A stretch of 29,627 nt of DNA from Candidatus Hydrogenedentota bacterium (GCA_034408725.1 JAWXCN010000024.1:1-29627); one strand, 5' to 3'. Shown: positions 9,639 through 20,428, numbered from the stretch's first letter. The notes: generated by a model from the sequence alone, not told the origin. Made by a program: numbers and translations.

Positions 9639-9799
9639 GCCGCGTACTCCCACCAAGTAGTAAATCACCAATCGTGCGCGCGAAGTGAAGCATATACCTC
9701 GAATTGAATTCAATGGCGATGCTCGATTATCCGGCCAAACTTACATTCCCCTGTCGTGCCCGCTACAATGCGCCCATTATTTCACGGGGGGACCCGAAG

Positions 9800-11968
9800 A
9801 TGCACCGTTTCAACATCATGGCCGTCGCGCTATGCGGCCTGGCGCAGGCGCAGGACATCACGGCGTCCCGCGTCGATCCCGTTTCGCGTAATATCCATAT
9901 TTCTTATACAGTTCCCGCAACCGCGCCCGACACCGTCACCGTCGCATGCGCGTGGTCGCTGCCGGGGGCCAATGACTGGCGGCCGGCGGATGTCATGCCG
10001 CTTGTGAGCGAGACAGCATACAACATGGTCGAAGTGCCGACGTGGAACCTGTGGCACGCTGAAGGCCGCATCGTTGAACGGCGGGCCGCCGGCCTTGCGC
10101 GGACTATCGTATTTAACCCATATCCAGACGCGACGCGCGAAGGACAGGTCAATGTGGATTTCCGCGTGACGGTCGAGGGGGCGAGCGGCGAGCCGCTGGG
10201 CCAGGCGCAAACGCTGATCGAAGCAGACAACCGCGATGTGGTCTATATCGAGGATTGGTCAAGAGTCCTCCAACAGGATCAACTTGTGCCCGGCGCGAAG
10301 GCCTGGGGGTTCCGCACCGACTATGCGCTTGCCGATGGCATGTCGCTGGGCAACGCGCTTGCGGGATACATTGATGCGGCTACGCCGCTTCCCGCATTGA
10401 CGTATCCGCTTGCGCTCAAGGGGCATTACGCCATTTACCTGTGTACGAATCCGGCGGCGGGCGCGATCCGGCTGCGCCTCACGGGCGATGAACGCGCCGA
10501 TCAACTTGGGAGCCGGTTTCCGCGCGAAGAAGTCTTGTGGCGTTGGACGCGCATGGACCGGCAGAATCTTGTGCTGCGCCAAACGCACAATTACACCGGC
10601 TGGCAGCAGGCGCACGTCGATTACATCAAACTCGTCCCGCTGCCGGACGCGAGCGTGATCGAACTCGATGCGCGATTCGGCGGTCCCGTTGATCGGCTTG
10701 TTGCGGGATATTGGGAACCCTATTCCTGGGCATTTTGGGACAACGTCACCGAGACACTCCAGCATCGCGAACCGCTTTCGGCGTTTGCTGAAGCGCGCAT
10801 CAAGATCGTCGATACGCAGATAGGCCGGTTCGGAATGAAGGTGGTCTACGAATCGCGGCAGACCGATCCGCTGCTCTATTCGACCATCGGCGATCCCATC
10901 GGCGATATCGCCGTCCCGACGACCGACAACGTCGGCAAGATGCAGCAGTTCACGAATACGCTCGATGCGACGCTGCGGTATACCCGCGAAATGATGCTCG
11001 CGCCGCACGCGAATTTTGGCGCTACAAACTGCTACCCCGGCTCACCGCTGCAAGGCGATTTCTCGAAGGAGCACCCAGAATGGATGCGCGGCCACGTGCT
11101 GCGGTATGAAGTGCCGGAAGTGCGCGCATATATTCTCAGCCTCTACCGCGAAGCGCTCGAGATTGGCGCGCCCGCGGTGTCCATCGATTTCTGCCGGTAT
11201 CCCGAAGGTATCGACACCGCGGAAACCTGCACCGCATTTTTGCGCGAATTGCGCGCACTCGCAAACGAGTTCGGAAAAGCGCGCAACAAACGTATTCCGA
11301 TTCTGATCCGGTTCCCCGGAGCTGGCGTGCGGCTTGCCGGGCAATTTGATTATGTTACGTGGGTCAAAGAAGGACTGGTTGATTATCTTTGCCCAAGCAA
11401 TATTCAGGGCAGGCACATGCACATCGACATGACACCCTACCTCGCCGCCGTGAAGGATACGTCGTGCATGTTGATGCCCTGCATGGACGCGCTGAGTTGG
11501 GGATTGCCTTTTCCCGGACCGTTCATGTGGCGCGCGTCGCAGCTTTACAACCAGGGTGTGAAGGCCGTGTATGTGTATCAGGCGGATGGGCGCGTGCTCG
11601 GCCTTCCGTCGGACAAGCGGCACATGCGCATGCTCGCGAGCAGCGCGGCCATTGGCCGGTTCTGGCACGAAGACACCGTGCAACGGCCCCTGCGCAGCAA
11701 GGGCATTTACATCACGCCGCCGCACCAGTTCGGCAAATACAACGGTTGGGAACGCATTCGTATTTGGACAGAAGGCGTCGCTCTCGGTGCGCTCGAGGTT
11801 TATCTCGACGACGCGCTCGTCACGCGCATGGAAGGTCCGCCGTACCTCGTGGGCACGGAAGACAATGCCTCCGATGGCGTGATACCCGCCGGCGAACACG
11901 TGCTGCGCATCCGCGCGCAGGACGGTGACGGCTGGCTCGAACAAACGTTTTCAATCACCGGCGAGTAA
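9800..11968 (+). CDS. Secreted glycoside hydrolase-like protein, GHL10/DUF187-type TIM barrel plus accessory beta domains (~722 aa)
   Basis: Signal MHRFNIMAVALCGLAQA after GGGGGGA; motifs FSKEHPEW, Y.VPEVRAY, SIDFCRYP and DYVTWVKEGLVDYLCP. Confidence 0.65.
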   Translation: MHRFNIMAVALCGLAQAQDITASRVDPVSRNIHISYTVPATAPDTVTVACAWSLPGANDWRPADVMPLVSETAYNMVEVPTWNLWHAEGRIVERRAAGLARTIVFNPYPDATREGQVNVDFRVTVEGASGEPLGQAQTLIEADNRDVVYIEDWSRVLQQDQLVPGAKAWGFRTDYALADGMSLGNALAGYIDAATPLPALTYPLALKGHYAIYLCTNPAAGAIRLRLTGDERADQLGSRFPREEVLWRWTRMDRQNLVLRQTHNYTGWQQAHVDYIKLVPLPDASVIELDARFGGPVDRLVAGYWEPYSWAFWDNVTETLQHREPLSAFAEARIKIVDTQIGRFGMKVVYESRQTDPLLYSTIGDPIGDIAVPTTDNVGKMQQFTNTLDATLRYTREMMLAPHANFGATNCYPGSPLQGDFSKEHPEWMRGHVLRYEVPEVRAYILSLYREALEIGAPAVSIDFCRYPEGIDTAETCTAFLRELRALANEFGKARNKRIPILIRFPGAGVRLAGQFDYVTWVKEGLVDYLCPSNIQGRHMHIDMTPYLAAVKDTSCMLMPCMDALSWGLPFPGPFMWRASQLYNQGVKAVYVYQADGRVLGLPSDKRHMRMLASSAAIGRFWHEDTVQRPLRSKGIYITPPHQFGKYNGWERIRIWTEGVALGALEVYLDDALVTRMEGPPYLVGTEDNASDGVIPAGEHVLRIRAQDGDGWLEQTFSITGE

Positions 11969-11973
11969 CTTTA

Positions 11974-12079
11974 CGGAGGGCGGGTAAGCCAACCCGCCAT
12001 TCTCTTGATAAACTGCGGATTGCACACTCGCTGTTTCTGGATTAGACAATCAATGGCGGGTTGGAAAACCCGCCCTCCG
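11974..12079. repeat. REP pair (REPIN/BIME-like): two inverted ~25-bp palindromic units
   Basis: CGGAGGGCGGGTAAGCCAACCCGCCAT (11974-12000) and ATGGCGGGTTGGAAAACCCGCCCTCCG (12053-12079); a related copy lies at 25036-25109. Confidence 0.85.
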
Positions 12080-12098
12080 ATGAGGAAAGGTGTTCGTG

Positions 12099-12968
12099 AT
12101 GGCATCCGGGGGGAATATCGATGTCAGCGTGACTTTGCTGACGCGCAACGCGGGGCCGTTGTTGGACCGCGTGCTTCGCGCCGTCCGCGCGCAGAGCACT
12201 TCCCGCCGTGTCGAGATTGTAGCGATTGACTCCGGCTCGTCAGACGGTACGCTCGCGGTACTTGCACAACACGATGTCGAGGTGGCGCAAATACGATCGC
12301 GTGATTTCGATTTTGGCCGAACGCGCGACCAGGTGTTCGAGATGTCGCGCGGCAACGTAATCATCGCCCTTTCGCAGGACGCCGTGCCCGCGCACCCGCG
12401 TTGGTTGGAGAATCTGATTGCGCCTTTGGAAGACGAAGCGGTTGCCGTATCCTGCGGACGATCGGTTCCTGATACTGAACGGGATTATGCGCAATTCGTA
12501 TGGGAGCGCAACGGCTTGTTTTATTTCACTCGGGAAATGCGCCAGTTTTCGCAGCGTCACGGGCGGGGGCTTTCCAACGCAAACGCCGCATACAAACGCG
12601 CTGTTTGGGAGAAGCTCAAGTTTGGCGCCCAACCCATCGGCGAAGATTTCCGGTTTCAAACCAAACTGCTGGCCGAAGGATTGCGCGTCGCGTTTCCCGA
12701 TAGCGCGGAAGTGTTGCACCATCACGCGTACACACTTTCCGCGCTATACAAACGCTGCCGCAACGAAGGCCTCGGGCTGCGCACGCTTGGCTGCGCGTTG
12801 ACAGAAGCCGATCTTGTCCGCGATTTTCTGCGCCTGGATGTACACCGCGCCTGGTGGCGCGAACTGCTGCGCGGCAATCTGCGGCGTCCCGCTGATTTCC
12901 TGTTTCCGGTGGTCCGCCCGTGCGCAGTCTATGTGGGAAGCCGGTTCGCGCGGCGATTCGCGCCATGA
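12099..12968 (+). CDS. Glycosyltransferase family 2 (rhamnosyltransferase-like)
   Basis: VSVTLLTRNAG, IDSGSSDGT, FDFGRTRD, LSQDAVP, SNANAAY, GED; SD AAAGGTG upstream. Confidence 0.88.
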   Translation: MASGGNIDVSVTLLTRNAGPLLDRVLRAVRAQSTSRRVEIVAIDSGSSDGTLAVLAQHDVEVAQIRSRDFDFGRTRDQVFEMSRGNVIIALSQDAVPAHPRWLENLIAPLEDEAVAVSCGRSVPDTERDYAQFVWERNGLFYFTREMRQFSQRHGRGLSNANAAYKRAVWEKLKFGAQPIGEDFRFQTKLLAEGLRVAFPDSAEVLHHHAYTLSALYKRCRNEGLGLRTLGCALTEADLVRDFLRLDVHRAWWRELLRGNLRRPADFLFPVVRPCAVYVGSRFARRFAP

Positions 12969-13711
12969 ACAACGCGATACAATCCTTTTATCGCGACAAC
13001 CCGCTCATGGTGAGTTCGCCGTTCGGGGGAGTATCGGGCGTACACCAGGCTCTCGTTGACGAGGTTTTCGCGGCGCTCGACGTTCGGCTTGATGGCAAAT
13101 CCATTCTCGATGTCGGATGCGGGCGAGGCTTCATGGGCGACATTGTGCGCGAACGCGGTGGACGGTACACCGGCGCGGACCTCGTTGCGAATGTGTCGGG
13201 CATTCCGCTTGCCATTTCCGACGCGGCGCGCCTGCCGTTTCAAGACGCATCGTTCGATGGTGTATTCTGCATCGACGCGTTTGAGCACATTCCCGACGGC
13301 GCCGAGGCCGTGCGCGAGTTTCGCCGCGTGCTCCGGCCGGAAGGATTCATGTTTCTTTCCGCGCCGAATTACGGAAACGTCGCGGGCCTTGTAAAGTGGT
13401 GGTGCGAGGCGACCGGCCAGTATAGGAAACATACGTGGGCGCCGTTTCGCCGGTGGCAGCCGCAGGAACTCGAACAGCCGCTGACGGCGCGGCGCATCGA
13501 ATCGCAGTACCGTGCGGCGGGGTTCACGCGCATTCGCAACATAGGTCACGTGGCCGAAGTGGGGTTGGGGGTTTTTCCATGGATCGATCATCCGCGCATG
13601 CCCGAACGGATTCAGTTCCGGCTCCAACGCTTGTTCGCCAGGATTGCGCTGTCAGTTGTTCGTATGTGGCCGGGCGCGAGTCTTCATCTGTTCTGGAAGT
13701 TCGAGGTTTGA
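12965..13711 (+). CDS. Class I SAM-dependent methyltransferase
   Basis: [39 protein letters not shown] overlap with the GT2 stop. Confidence 0.9.
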   Translation: MNNAIQSFYRDNPLMVSSPFGGVSGVHQALVDEVFAALDVRLDGKSILDVGCGRGFMGDIVRERGGRYTGADLVANVSGIPLAISDAARLPFQDASFDGVFCIDAFEHIPDGAEAVREFRRVLRPEGFMFLSAPNYGNVAGLVKWWCEATGQYRKHTWAPFRRWQPQELEQPLTARRIESQYRAAGFTRIRNIGHVAEVGLGVFPWIDHPRMPERIQFRLQRLFARIALSVVRMWPGASLHLFWKFEV

Positions 13712-13712
13712 G

Positions 13713-14231
13713 ATGCGCATTGGGCGGCTGATTCAAAAACTGAAACTCCGCTATGGATCGCAGGAAACCGTCATCGCGACGTTGCGGAAAATGGGCGTGC
13801 AGATCGGCGAGCGCTGCCGCATCTATACCACCAATTTCGGCGGGGAACCGTATCTCATTCGCATTGGGAACCACGTCGGCATCGCCAATGACGTGACATT
13901 CGTCAACCACGACCTCAACTGGGTGTTTCAGGATAAGTACAAAACCTTGACGAGTTTTGGGCCGATTGAAATCAAAGACAATTGCAACATCGGCGTGCGC
14001 GCGACAATACTTCCCGGCGTCACCATTGGGCCGAACAGCGTCGTCGGCGCGTGCAGCGTGGTGACGAAGGACGTGCCGCCGAACGTTGTCGTGGCGGGAA
14101 ACCCCGCGCGCGTGATCTGCACGCTGGAAGAGTACGAACAAAAGGTGCTCGCGAAACACATTGATATTCCCGAGGATCGCGACGCCGCGCGCGCATTCCT
14201 TATCAAGCGCTTCTGGGGAGAACGCGGTTGA
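13713..14231 (+). CDS. Hexapeptide-repeat (LbH) sugar O-acyltransferase
   Basis: [61 protein letters not shown]. Confidence 0.9.
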   Translation: MRIGRLIQKLKLRYGSQETVIATLRKMGVQIGERCRIYTTNFGGEPYLIRIGNHVGIANDVTFVNHDLNWVFQDKYKTLTSFGPIEIKDNCNIGVRATILPGVTIGPNSVVGACSVVTKDVPPNVVVAGNPARVICTLEEYEQKVLAKHIDIPEDRDAARAFLIKRFWGERG

Positions 14232-15391
14232 AGCTCGCGCTGCTCATGGGCAACCGCTACAACCCCTGGCACCTTCAGGCTTTCAAACGCCTGCGAAACG
14301 CGCCGGAGATCACCGCGTTCCGCGCGGAGTCGCAAATCCAGGAATATTTTAACGAGCGCGGCGACGGCACAGACGGCATGCGCCGCGAACGCATTTATTT
14401 CGACACGCAATCCGGCCCCGCCTGGGCGCAACGCCTGAATGTGTTTCGCGAACGGTATGCGCGCCGCGCGCCGCGCATACTTCCGTTTCATGATCAGTTG
14501 CAGGGTCACGACGTCATTCACTCCTGGGAATTGTTCACCGACTGGTCTGAATCCGCCGCCGAAGCGCGAGAACGCTACAAAATTCCACTCGCGATCACGG
14601 TGTGGGACTTGCTCGCTTTCAACATGGAGCGCGAACCGTGGCGGCGCGCGTTAAAGCAGCGCGTTGCAACTTGCGCGGATCGCTTTGTCGTCTACAGTGA
14701 ACGATCCGGCGCGATGCTTGCCTTCGAGGGTGTAACCGCAAATCGTATCGCGTACGTGCCGCCGGGCGTGGATACAGAGCTGTTCTGTCCCGGCGATACG
14801 TCGCGTGAATTCGGGTTAAAGGAAGATGATTTCGTGCTGCTTTTCGTGGGGTGGTTCGCGCCGCGCAAAGGGATCGACTTTCTGTTATTCGCGCTGCGCA
14901 AACTCATCGACGAAGGCGGTGCGCAGGCCAAAAGAATCAAGTTGCTCATTGTGGGCAGCGGCGCGGGACAGGACCGTGTCGAAGCGTTGATCGCGCGGCT
15001 CGGCCTCGGCGAGCAGTGCGTCATAACCGGCGCGCTGACGTATGACCGCATGCCCGCGGTTTTTCGCATGGCCGACGTGTTTGTATTGCCCAGCGTCGCC
15101 AGCGGCGAATGGCAGGAACAGTTCGGCATGTCGCTCATTGAGGCGATGGCCACTGGAAAGCCCTGCATTGCATCTCTCAGCGGCGCGATGGAAGAGATCG
15201 CGGGCGACGCCGCGTTGCTGGTTCAACCCAACGATTTTCTGGCATTGCACCGCGCGCTCAAGCGGCTCGTGCAAAACAACGATGAACGCGCGCGGCTGGG
15301 CGCGGAAGCGCGGGCGCGCACACGGCGCTTGTTTGACGTGCAGGCGCAAGCGAACGCGCTTTCCGATCTCTACGACAGCCTGACGCTATGA
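14228..15391 (+). CDS. Glycosyltransferase family 4
   Basis: TTG start overlapping the upstream [38 protein letters not shown]. Confidence 0.9.
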   Translation: MKLALLMGNRYNPWHLQAFKRLRNAPEITAFRAESQIQEYFNERGDGTDGMRRERIYFDTQSGPAWAQRLNVFRERYARRAPRILPFHDQLQGHDVIHSWELFTDWSESAAEARERYKIPLAITVWDLLAFNMEREPWRRALKQRVATCADRFVVYSERSGAMLAFEGVTANRIAYVPPGVDTELFCPGDTSREFGLKEDDFVLLFVGWFAPRKGIDFLLFALRKLIDEGGAQAKRIKLLIVGSGAGQDRVEALIARLGLGEQCVITGALTYDRMPAVFRMADVFVLPSVASGEWQEQFGMSLIEAMATGKPCIASLSGAMEEIAGDAALLVQPNDFLALHRALKRLVQNNDERARLGAEARARTRRLFDVQAQANALSDLYDSLTL

Positions 15392-16296
15392 ACGAGAGCA
15401 GGCCGCGCGCAGCTTTACAAAACTTTGTGCGGCGCATTCGCTGGACCGCGCGCCGTGCGCTACGCAGGCCCGTGCGCATCGTCGTGGAAATGCGGTGGCG
15501 CCTTGGCGATGAGATCATGGCGATACCAATTTACGAGGGCATCAAGCGGCGGTATCCGTTTTGTCATCTGACGGTCTGGTGCAACTATCCCGACGTGCTA
15601 TGGCGCAATCCGCACGTGGATTCCATTCGTGATGCAAGCGCCAATCCGCCGGTCTGCGATCGGTACATTCTGCTGCGCGGCGCGCCGCGCTTGGTGAAAC
15701 GCATCGACCATTACGCCTCGCGCGCGGATATTCCAATACCGCCCATGCGGCCGCGGCTCTATTACGATGATTGGGCCAACGCCGCGCTCGCGCAACACGG
15801 TCTGCGAGCAAAAGAGTTCGTAGCCGTTTGCACCGGCGCGACCTGGGAAACGAAACGCTGGCCGCGTGAATGCTGGCAATCGTTGTGTGACGCTCTGGAG
15901 CTTGATGGTCAAACGCTCGTCCAATTGGGTCATGACGACGTTGCATTGCATGTCGCACATGCGATGCAAGAAAAAACTTCCGTTCGTGAAGCCGCGTGCA
16001 TGTTGCGCGGCGCGCGATTGCTGATTACGCACGATACAGGCCTCATGCATCTCGCGCTGGCCGTAGGAACGCCGGTACTGGCGCTATTCGGGCCAACCGA
16101 CCCCGCGTTTCTCGTGCGCGATACGGAGGCGCTTTCGGTCCTCACGAATGGCCGGCCGTGTCAGGGCTGCTGGAACCACAGGGAAGACAACCTCACAGAA
16201 GGCGTCTGTCCGCTGGGCATTGTCCCCTGCATGGGTTCGTTGACGGTCGACAGCGTGTTGGCGCGCGCGCGGGAATTGTTCGGCAATGGCGCGTAA
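15388..16296 (+). CDS. Glycosyltransferase family 9 (heptosyltransferase-like)
   Basis: RLGDEIMAIP, GATWETKRWP, THDTGLMHLALAVGTPVLALFGPT, C-terminal PC..C motif. Confidence 0.88.
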   Translation: MNESRPRAALQNFVRRIRWTARRALRRPVRIVVEMRWRLGDEIMAIPIYEGIKRRYPFCHLTVWCNYPDVLWRNPHVDSIRDASANPPVCDRYILLRGAPRLVKRIDHYASRADIPIPPMRPRLYYDDWANAALAQHGLRAKEFVAVCTGATWETKRWPRECWQSLCDALELDGQTLVQLGHDDVALHVAHAMQEKTSVREAACMLRGARLLITHDTGLMHLALAVGTPVLALFGPTDPAFLVRDTEALSVLTNGRPCQGCWNHREDNLTEGVCPLGIVPCMGSLTVDSVLARARELFGNGA

Positions 16297-17326
16297 GCCG
16301 AGCATCCTGTTTCTCACCTTGTATCCGAGCTCTGCGGCGAGCCCGCGCTACCGCGTCGAACAGTTCATTCCGTATTTGAACGACCAGGGGTTCCAATGCA
16401 CCGTCGCCAGCGCATTGACCGCGAAAGAATACGGCGCACACCTGTCGCCGCGCCGGTATCATGTTATCGAAACGCGCCGTCGCATCGGGCAACTACTTTG
16501 TGCGCAGGCCTACGACATTGTGTTCGTGCAAAAAGCGATCACTACGGCGTATCTGCGCGGGATGCACGCACTGTTACGCGCCATGGCCCGACGCGTGGTC
16601 TATGACATCGACGACGCCGTCCACCTCGCGCCACCGCATCCGTTGGGCGCGACATGGCGCGCATTCGAGGACGCCGCGCAAGTCACGCGCATGATGCGGA
16701 ACGCCGATCTCGTGCTTGCAGGCAATCAATGGCTGGTCGAGCAGGCGCGACAACACGCGCGGCGTGTCGAACTATTTCAAACAGTTGTGGATACGACCCG
16801 CTTCGTTCCCGCAAGGCAAACCGCGACAGAGCTGGTCATCGGCTGGATGGGGGGCAGCAGCACAACGCCGCATCTTCAAGCCGCCGCCGGTCTCGATAAA
16901 CTAGAAGGCGTTTCGCTGCGCTGTATCGGCGCGGACCCTGCGCGAGTCCCCTGGGAGAACGCGGAGAAGCGCCCGTGGTCGTATGAGGGCGAGGTTGCCG
17001 AGTTACAGCAGTTCGCAATCGGCGTCATGCCGCTGCTTCAAGACGAGTGGACGCGCGGGAAATGCGCACTTAAGGCATTGCAATACATGGCCTGCGGTAT
17101 TCCGTGTATCGCGACACCCTTCGGCGCTATTCTCGATATCGGCGAACACAATCAGAATGTGTTGTTCGCGAATTCGCCGGGGGAATGGCGCGCAGCGATT
17201 GGTCAGCTACGCGATCCACTCGAACGCGAACGCATCGGCGCCGCGGGCCGCGCAACGGTCGAGCGGCATTACTCGCTCGACAAGGCCGCGCCGCGTTTTG
17301 CGGCGCTGCTGGAATCAGTTGCATGA
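16286..17326 (+). CDS. Glycosyltransferase family 4 (GT-B)
   Basis: ASPRYRVEQF, YDIDDA, IGWMG, IGVMPL, GKCALKALQYMACGIP. Confidence 0.88.
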   Translation: MARKPSILFLTLYPSSAASPRYRVEQFIPYLNDQGFQCTVASALTAKEYGAHLSPRRYHVIETRRRIGQLLCAQAYDIVFVQKAITTAYLRGMHALLRAMARRVVYDIDDAVHLAPPHPLGATWRAFEDAAQVTRMMRNADLVLAGNQWLVEQARQHARRVELFQTVVDTTRFVPARQTATELVIGWMGGSSTTPHLQAAAGLDKLEGVSLRCIGADPARVPWENAEKRPWSYEGEVAELQQFAIGVMPLLQDEWTRGKCALKALQYMACGIPCIATPFGAILDIGEHNQNVLFANSPGEWRAAIGQLRDPLERERIGAAGRATVERHYSLDKAAPRFAALLESVA

Positions 17327-18447
17327 ACGGTGCGCCGCGAAAACCCGGAATCTGCTTCGTCATTCCGTCGCTCAATCCGGGCGGCACGGAACGGCAGTTG
17401 CTCTATTTGATCGAAGGTTTGCGCACGACGCATGACTGTACCGTTGTCTGCACGCGCGAAGCCGGCGCGTGGGCCGATATAGCGCGGCAATCGGGCGCGA
17501 CCATTTACGAACTAAAGACCTGGGGCGGGTGGGACCCGCGCATTGGGATGCGAATCCGGAAAGTTTTGCGTGAGTGCAAACCGGACATCGTGCATACGTT
17601 TATGTTTGGGTTCGATCTTCCGATCAATCGTGTGGCGCGCGCGGAAGACGTGCCGGTTATCGTGTCGAGCCGGCGTGAACTTGCCGCATGGATGAAGCCG
17701 CGTCACCTGCGCCGGCAATGCGCCGCGAATGAATTGGCCGATTGCACCGTCGCGAATAGTCACGCAGCAGCGCAGTTCGCCGCGAAACTCGAGGGTCTCG
17801 ATGCCGCGCGCATCCGCGTCATCCACAACGGAATCGACGCCGGCGCGCTCGCCGCACAGGTAAAGCCGGTAGAACTTGCACTCCCCGCCAATGCACGGAT
17901 TGTTGGCATGGTGGCGAATTTTAGTCCAGTGAAAGACCATGCATTGTTCGTGGAAGCTGCCTCGCGGTTGGCTTCAACGCGCTCTGATGTACACTTTCTG
18001 CTCGTGGGCAGCGGCGGATTGAGGCGAAACATCGAAGGCACTATTCAAAAGCACGGTATGCAATCACTATTCAATATCATTTCCACCTCCAACGAATGCG
18101 CAAGTCTTCTCGCGCGCATGGACGTATGTGTCTGCACGTCGCTCCGGGAAGGATTTCCAAACGTGATACTAGAAGCGATGGCGTTACAGCGTCCCGTCGT
18201 TGCCACTGCCGTCGGCGGTATTCCGGAAATAATAGAAGATGGTGTAACCGGACTGCTGGTGCGCTCACGCAATCCTCGCGACTTTGCCTCGGCCATCGCG
18301 CGTGTCCTTGGCGACCCGGCATTGGCTGCCTTGTTGGCGTCGAACGCCGTAGCGCGCGTGTGCACATCGTTTCCCATTGCGGCCATGGTGGAATCGCATC
18401 GCGCGCTGTACACCGAACTGCTCGCGAATCCTGGAAACCGAGCGTAA
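17323..18447 (+). CDS. Glycosyltransferase family 4
   Basis: ATGA overlap at 17323; GGTERQL, VIHNGID, VKDHALF, EGFPNVILEAMA, VGGIPE. Confidence 0.9.
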   Translation: MNGAPRKPGICFVIPSLNPGGTERQLLYLIEGLRTTHDCTVVCTREAGAWADIARQSGATIYELKTWGGWDPRIGMRIRKVLRECKPDIVHTFMFGFDLPINRVARAEDVPVIVSSRRELAAWMKPRHLRRQCAANELADCTVANSHAAAQFAAKLEGLDAARIRVIHNGIDAGALAAQVKPVELALPANARIVGMVANFSPVKDHALFVEAASRLASTRSDVHFLLVGSGGLRRNIEGTIQKHGMQSLFNIISTSNECASLLARMDVCVCTSLREGFPNVILEAMALQRPVVATAVGGIPEIIEDGVTGLLVRSRNPRDFASAIARVLGDPALAALLASNAVARVCTSFPIAAMVESHRALYTELLANPGNRA

Positions 18448-18452
18448 GTTTT

Positions 18453-20342
18453 ATGTGCGGCATCAGCGGAATAGCGTACACAGACCGCGCGCAACGCGTG
18501 GACCGCTCCCGCTTGCGCGCGATGAACAAGGCGCTGCAACACCGTGGCCCGGACGACACGGGCATCTGGTTCGGCGGGCACGTCGCGCTCGCCATGCGCC
18601 GGCTCAGTGTGATTGATCTGTTTCGCGGCAAGCAGCCAATTATGAACGAGGAAGGCACGATTGTCCTCGTGTACAACGGCGAAATTTACAATTACCGCGA
18701 GTTGCGCCACGATCTGGAACAGCGTGGGCACGTATTCCGCACCCTGAGCGATACCGAAGTCGTGTTGCGCGCGTACGAGGAGCACGGCGATGACGCATTG
18801 CTGCGGTTCAACGGAATGTTTGCGTTCGCGCTATACGACGCGCGACACGATCGTTTGTTAATCGCGCGGGACCGGGCCGGCATAAAGCCAATGTTTTTCA
18901 GCTTCCACGATGGCGCACTGCTTTTCGCATCCGAACTCGACGCGCTTTTGCGTTCGGGCATGGTGCGGGGCGCGTTGAACCCATCCGCAATCGACGCCTA
19001 TTTCACTTTGCTCTATATTCCAGGGCCGGAAACCATTTTTCGGGATGTGCAAAAACTACAACCCGCGCACAAGCTCGTGTTTCAACGCGGCTCGCTCAAG
19101 GTCGAACCGTACTGGTCGCTCGAGCTCCGGCCTGACGCCAAATGGACCAGTGACGCCGCGGCGGAGCGATATACGGAATTGCTGAGCGAGGCCGTCAAGG
19201 CGCAGTGCGTCAGTGAAGTGCCGTTGGGCGCGTTCCTCAGCGGCGGAATCGATTCGAGCTCCGTCGTGGCGATGATGCACGTCACCAGCAGCGCGCCGGT
19301 AAAGACTTTTTGCATCGGGTTCGACGACGCGCATGCGAACGAGCTTCACTATGCGCGCATCGCGGCGCGCCACTTTGAAACGGACCACATGGAAGAGTTG
19401 CTGAAGCCAGACATGATCGAAACCGCGCCCTATCTCGCGAAGTTCTTTGGAGAGCCTTTCGCCGATTCGTCCGCGCTTCCGATGTGGCTGGTGTCGCAGG
19501 TTGCGCGCCGCGAAGTCACGGTGGCGCTCTCCGGCGATGGCGGCGACGAGTTGTTCGCGGGATATTCATGGCTGCACATGACGCGGAACGTGTTGCGGTA
19601 TCAGCATGTGCCATCGGTGCTTCGCGGCATCGCTGACGCTGGGTTGCGCGCGCTTCCGCGATCGGCGCGTGTGGCGAAACTTCGGCGGTTCAGCAGCGAC
19701 TCATTTCTCCGGCCCATGGACGTGTTCCGGCGTCGTCAAACGACTATGGACCGCGCAACACGGAACGCGCTTTACGGCCCGGAACTTGCGGGCCGTGTCG
19801 CGCAAGAAGGCGTGGAAAGCTATCAGAAGCAACTGGACCGCGGCGCAGAACTTCCGCCGTTGCAGCATATGCTGAACCATGATTTCTCCGTCTATCTGCC
19901 AGACGATATACTCACCAAAGTGGACCGCATGAGCATGGCGCATTCTCTCGAAGCGCGCGTGCCGTTGCTCGACAATTCGATTATCGATTTCGCGGCGTCG
20001 CTTCCCTTTTCGATGAAGTTGCGCGGCGGTGTGTCGAAATACATCGTGAAAAAAGCCATCGGCCCGATCATGCCGCCTGAACTCATGAAGCAGCGCAAAC
20101 AGGGATTCGCAATTCCCATTCACCGCTGGTTCCGGCAAGAACTGCGCGGCCATTTTCTCGACGCGGTGCTCAGCCACGAATCGCGCAACAGCGCGTTGCT
20201 TAATCGCCGGACCATCCGGGCGTTGTACGACAGCCACATTCAGGAATTCGATGATCACGGGCACCAGCTTTGGGCGATTCTCATGTTCGAGCATTGGCTG
20301 CGATACGCGGAATCGGTACCGGGCCTGTCGTTGTCGATGTGA
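18453..20342 (+). CDS. asnB: Asparagine synthase (glutamine-hydrolysing)-family amidotransferase
   Basis: N-terminal MCGISG nucleophile, HRGPD, RRLSVID, NGEIYN, SDTEV, LSGGIDSS, SGDGGDELFAGY, KVDRMSMAHSLEARVP. Confidence 0.93.
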   Translation: MCGISGIAYTDRAQRVDRSRLRAMNKALQHRGPDDTGIWFGGHVALAMRRLSVIDLFRGKQPIMNEEGTIVLVYNGEIYNYRELRHDLEQRGHVFRTLSDTEVVLRAYEEHGDDALLRFNGMFAFALYDARHDRLLIARDRAGIKPMFFSFHDGALLFASELDALLRSGMVRGALNPSAIDAYFTLLYIPGPETIFRDVQKLQPAHKLVFQRGSLKVEPYWSLELRPDAKWTSDAAAERYTELLSEAVKAQCVSEVPLGAFLSGGIDSSSVVAMMHVTSSAPVKTFCIGFDDAHANELHYARIAARHFETDHMEELLKPDMIETAPYLAKFFGEPFADSSALPMWLVSQVARREVTVALSGDGGDELFAGYSWLHMTRNVLRYQHVPSVLRGIADAGLRALPRSARVAKLRRFSSDSFLRPMDVFRRRQTTMDRATRNALYGPELAGRVAQEGVESYQKQLDRGAELPPLQHMLNHDFSVYLPDDILTKVDRMSMAHSLEARVPLLDNSIIDFAASLPFSMKLRGGVSKYIVKKAIGPIMPPELMKQRKQGFAIPIHRWFRQELRGHFLDAVLSHESRNSALLNRRTIRALYDSHIQEFDDHGHQLWAILMFEHWLRYAESVPGLSLSM

Positions 20343-20346
20343 GCGC

Positions 20347-20428
20347 ATTTGGGACTGGACACCCGGCTCCGTAGGAAGTGAAAGCGGTAGCGCCGTCCGA
20401 AGCGGACTATGCTACCGCAGTCCAAAAT
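20347..20428. repeat. Isolated copy of the REP-like hairpin family seen in 1-324; possible bidirectional terminator
   Basis: AAAGCGGTAGC (20381-20391)...GCTACCGCAGTCCAAA (20411-20426) with inner GTCCG/CGGAC stem; ATTTGGGACTG (20347-20357) is a 10/11 inverted match to CAGTCCAAAAT; sits between convergent genes. Confidence 0.75.

Noticed and set aside
9639-9799. Overlapping head-to-head starts at 9713 and 9704
   Set aside because: Better starts with SD-like sequence and signal peptides at 9638 and 9800 leave an ordinary divergent intergenic region.
17104-18452. Long N-terminal extensions of the third GT4 (17104) and AsnB (18096)
   Set aside because: They overlap upstream genes; the coupled ATG at 17323 and the required N-terminal MCG at 18453 define the starts.
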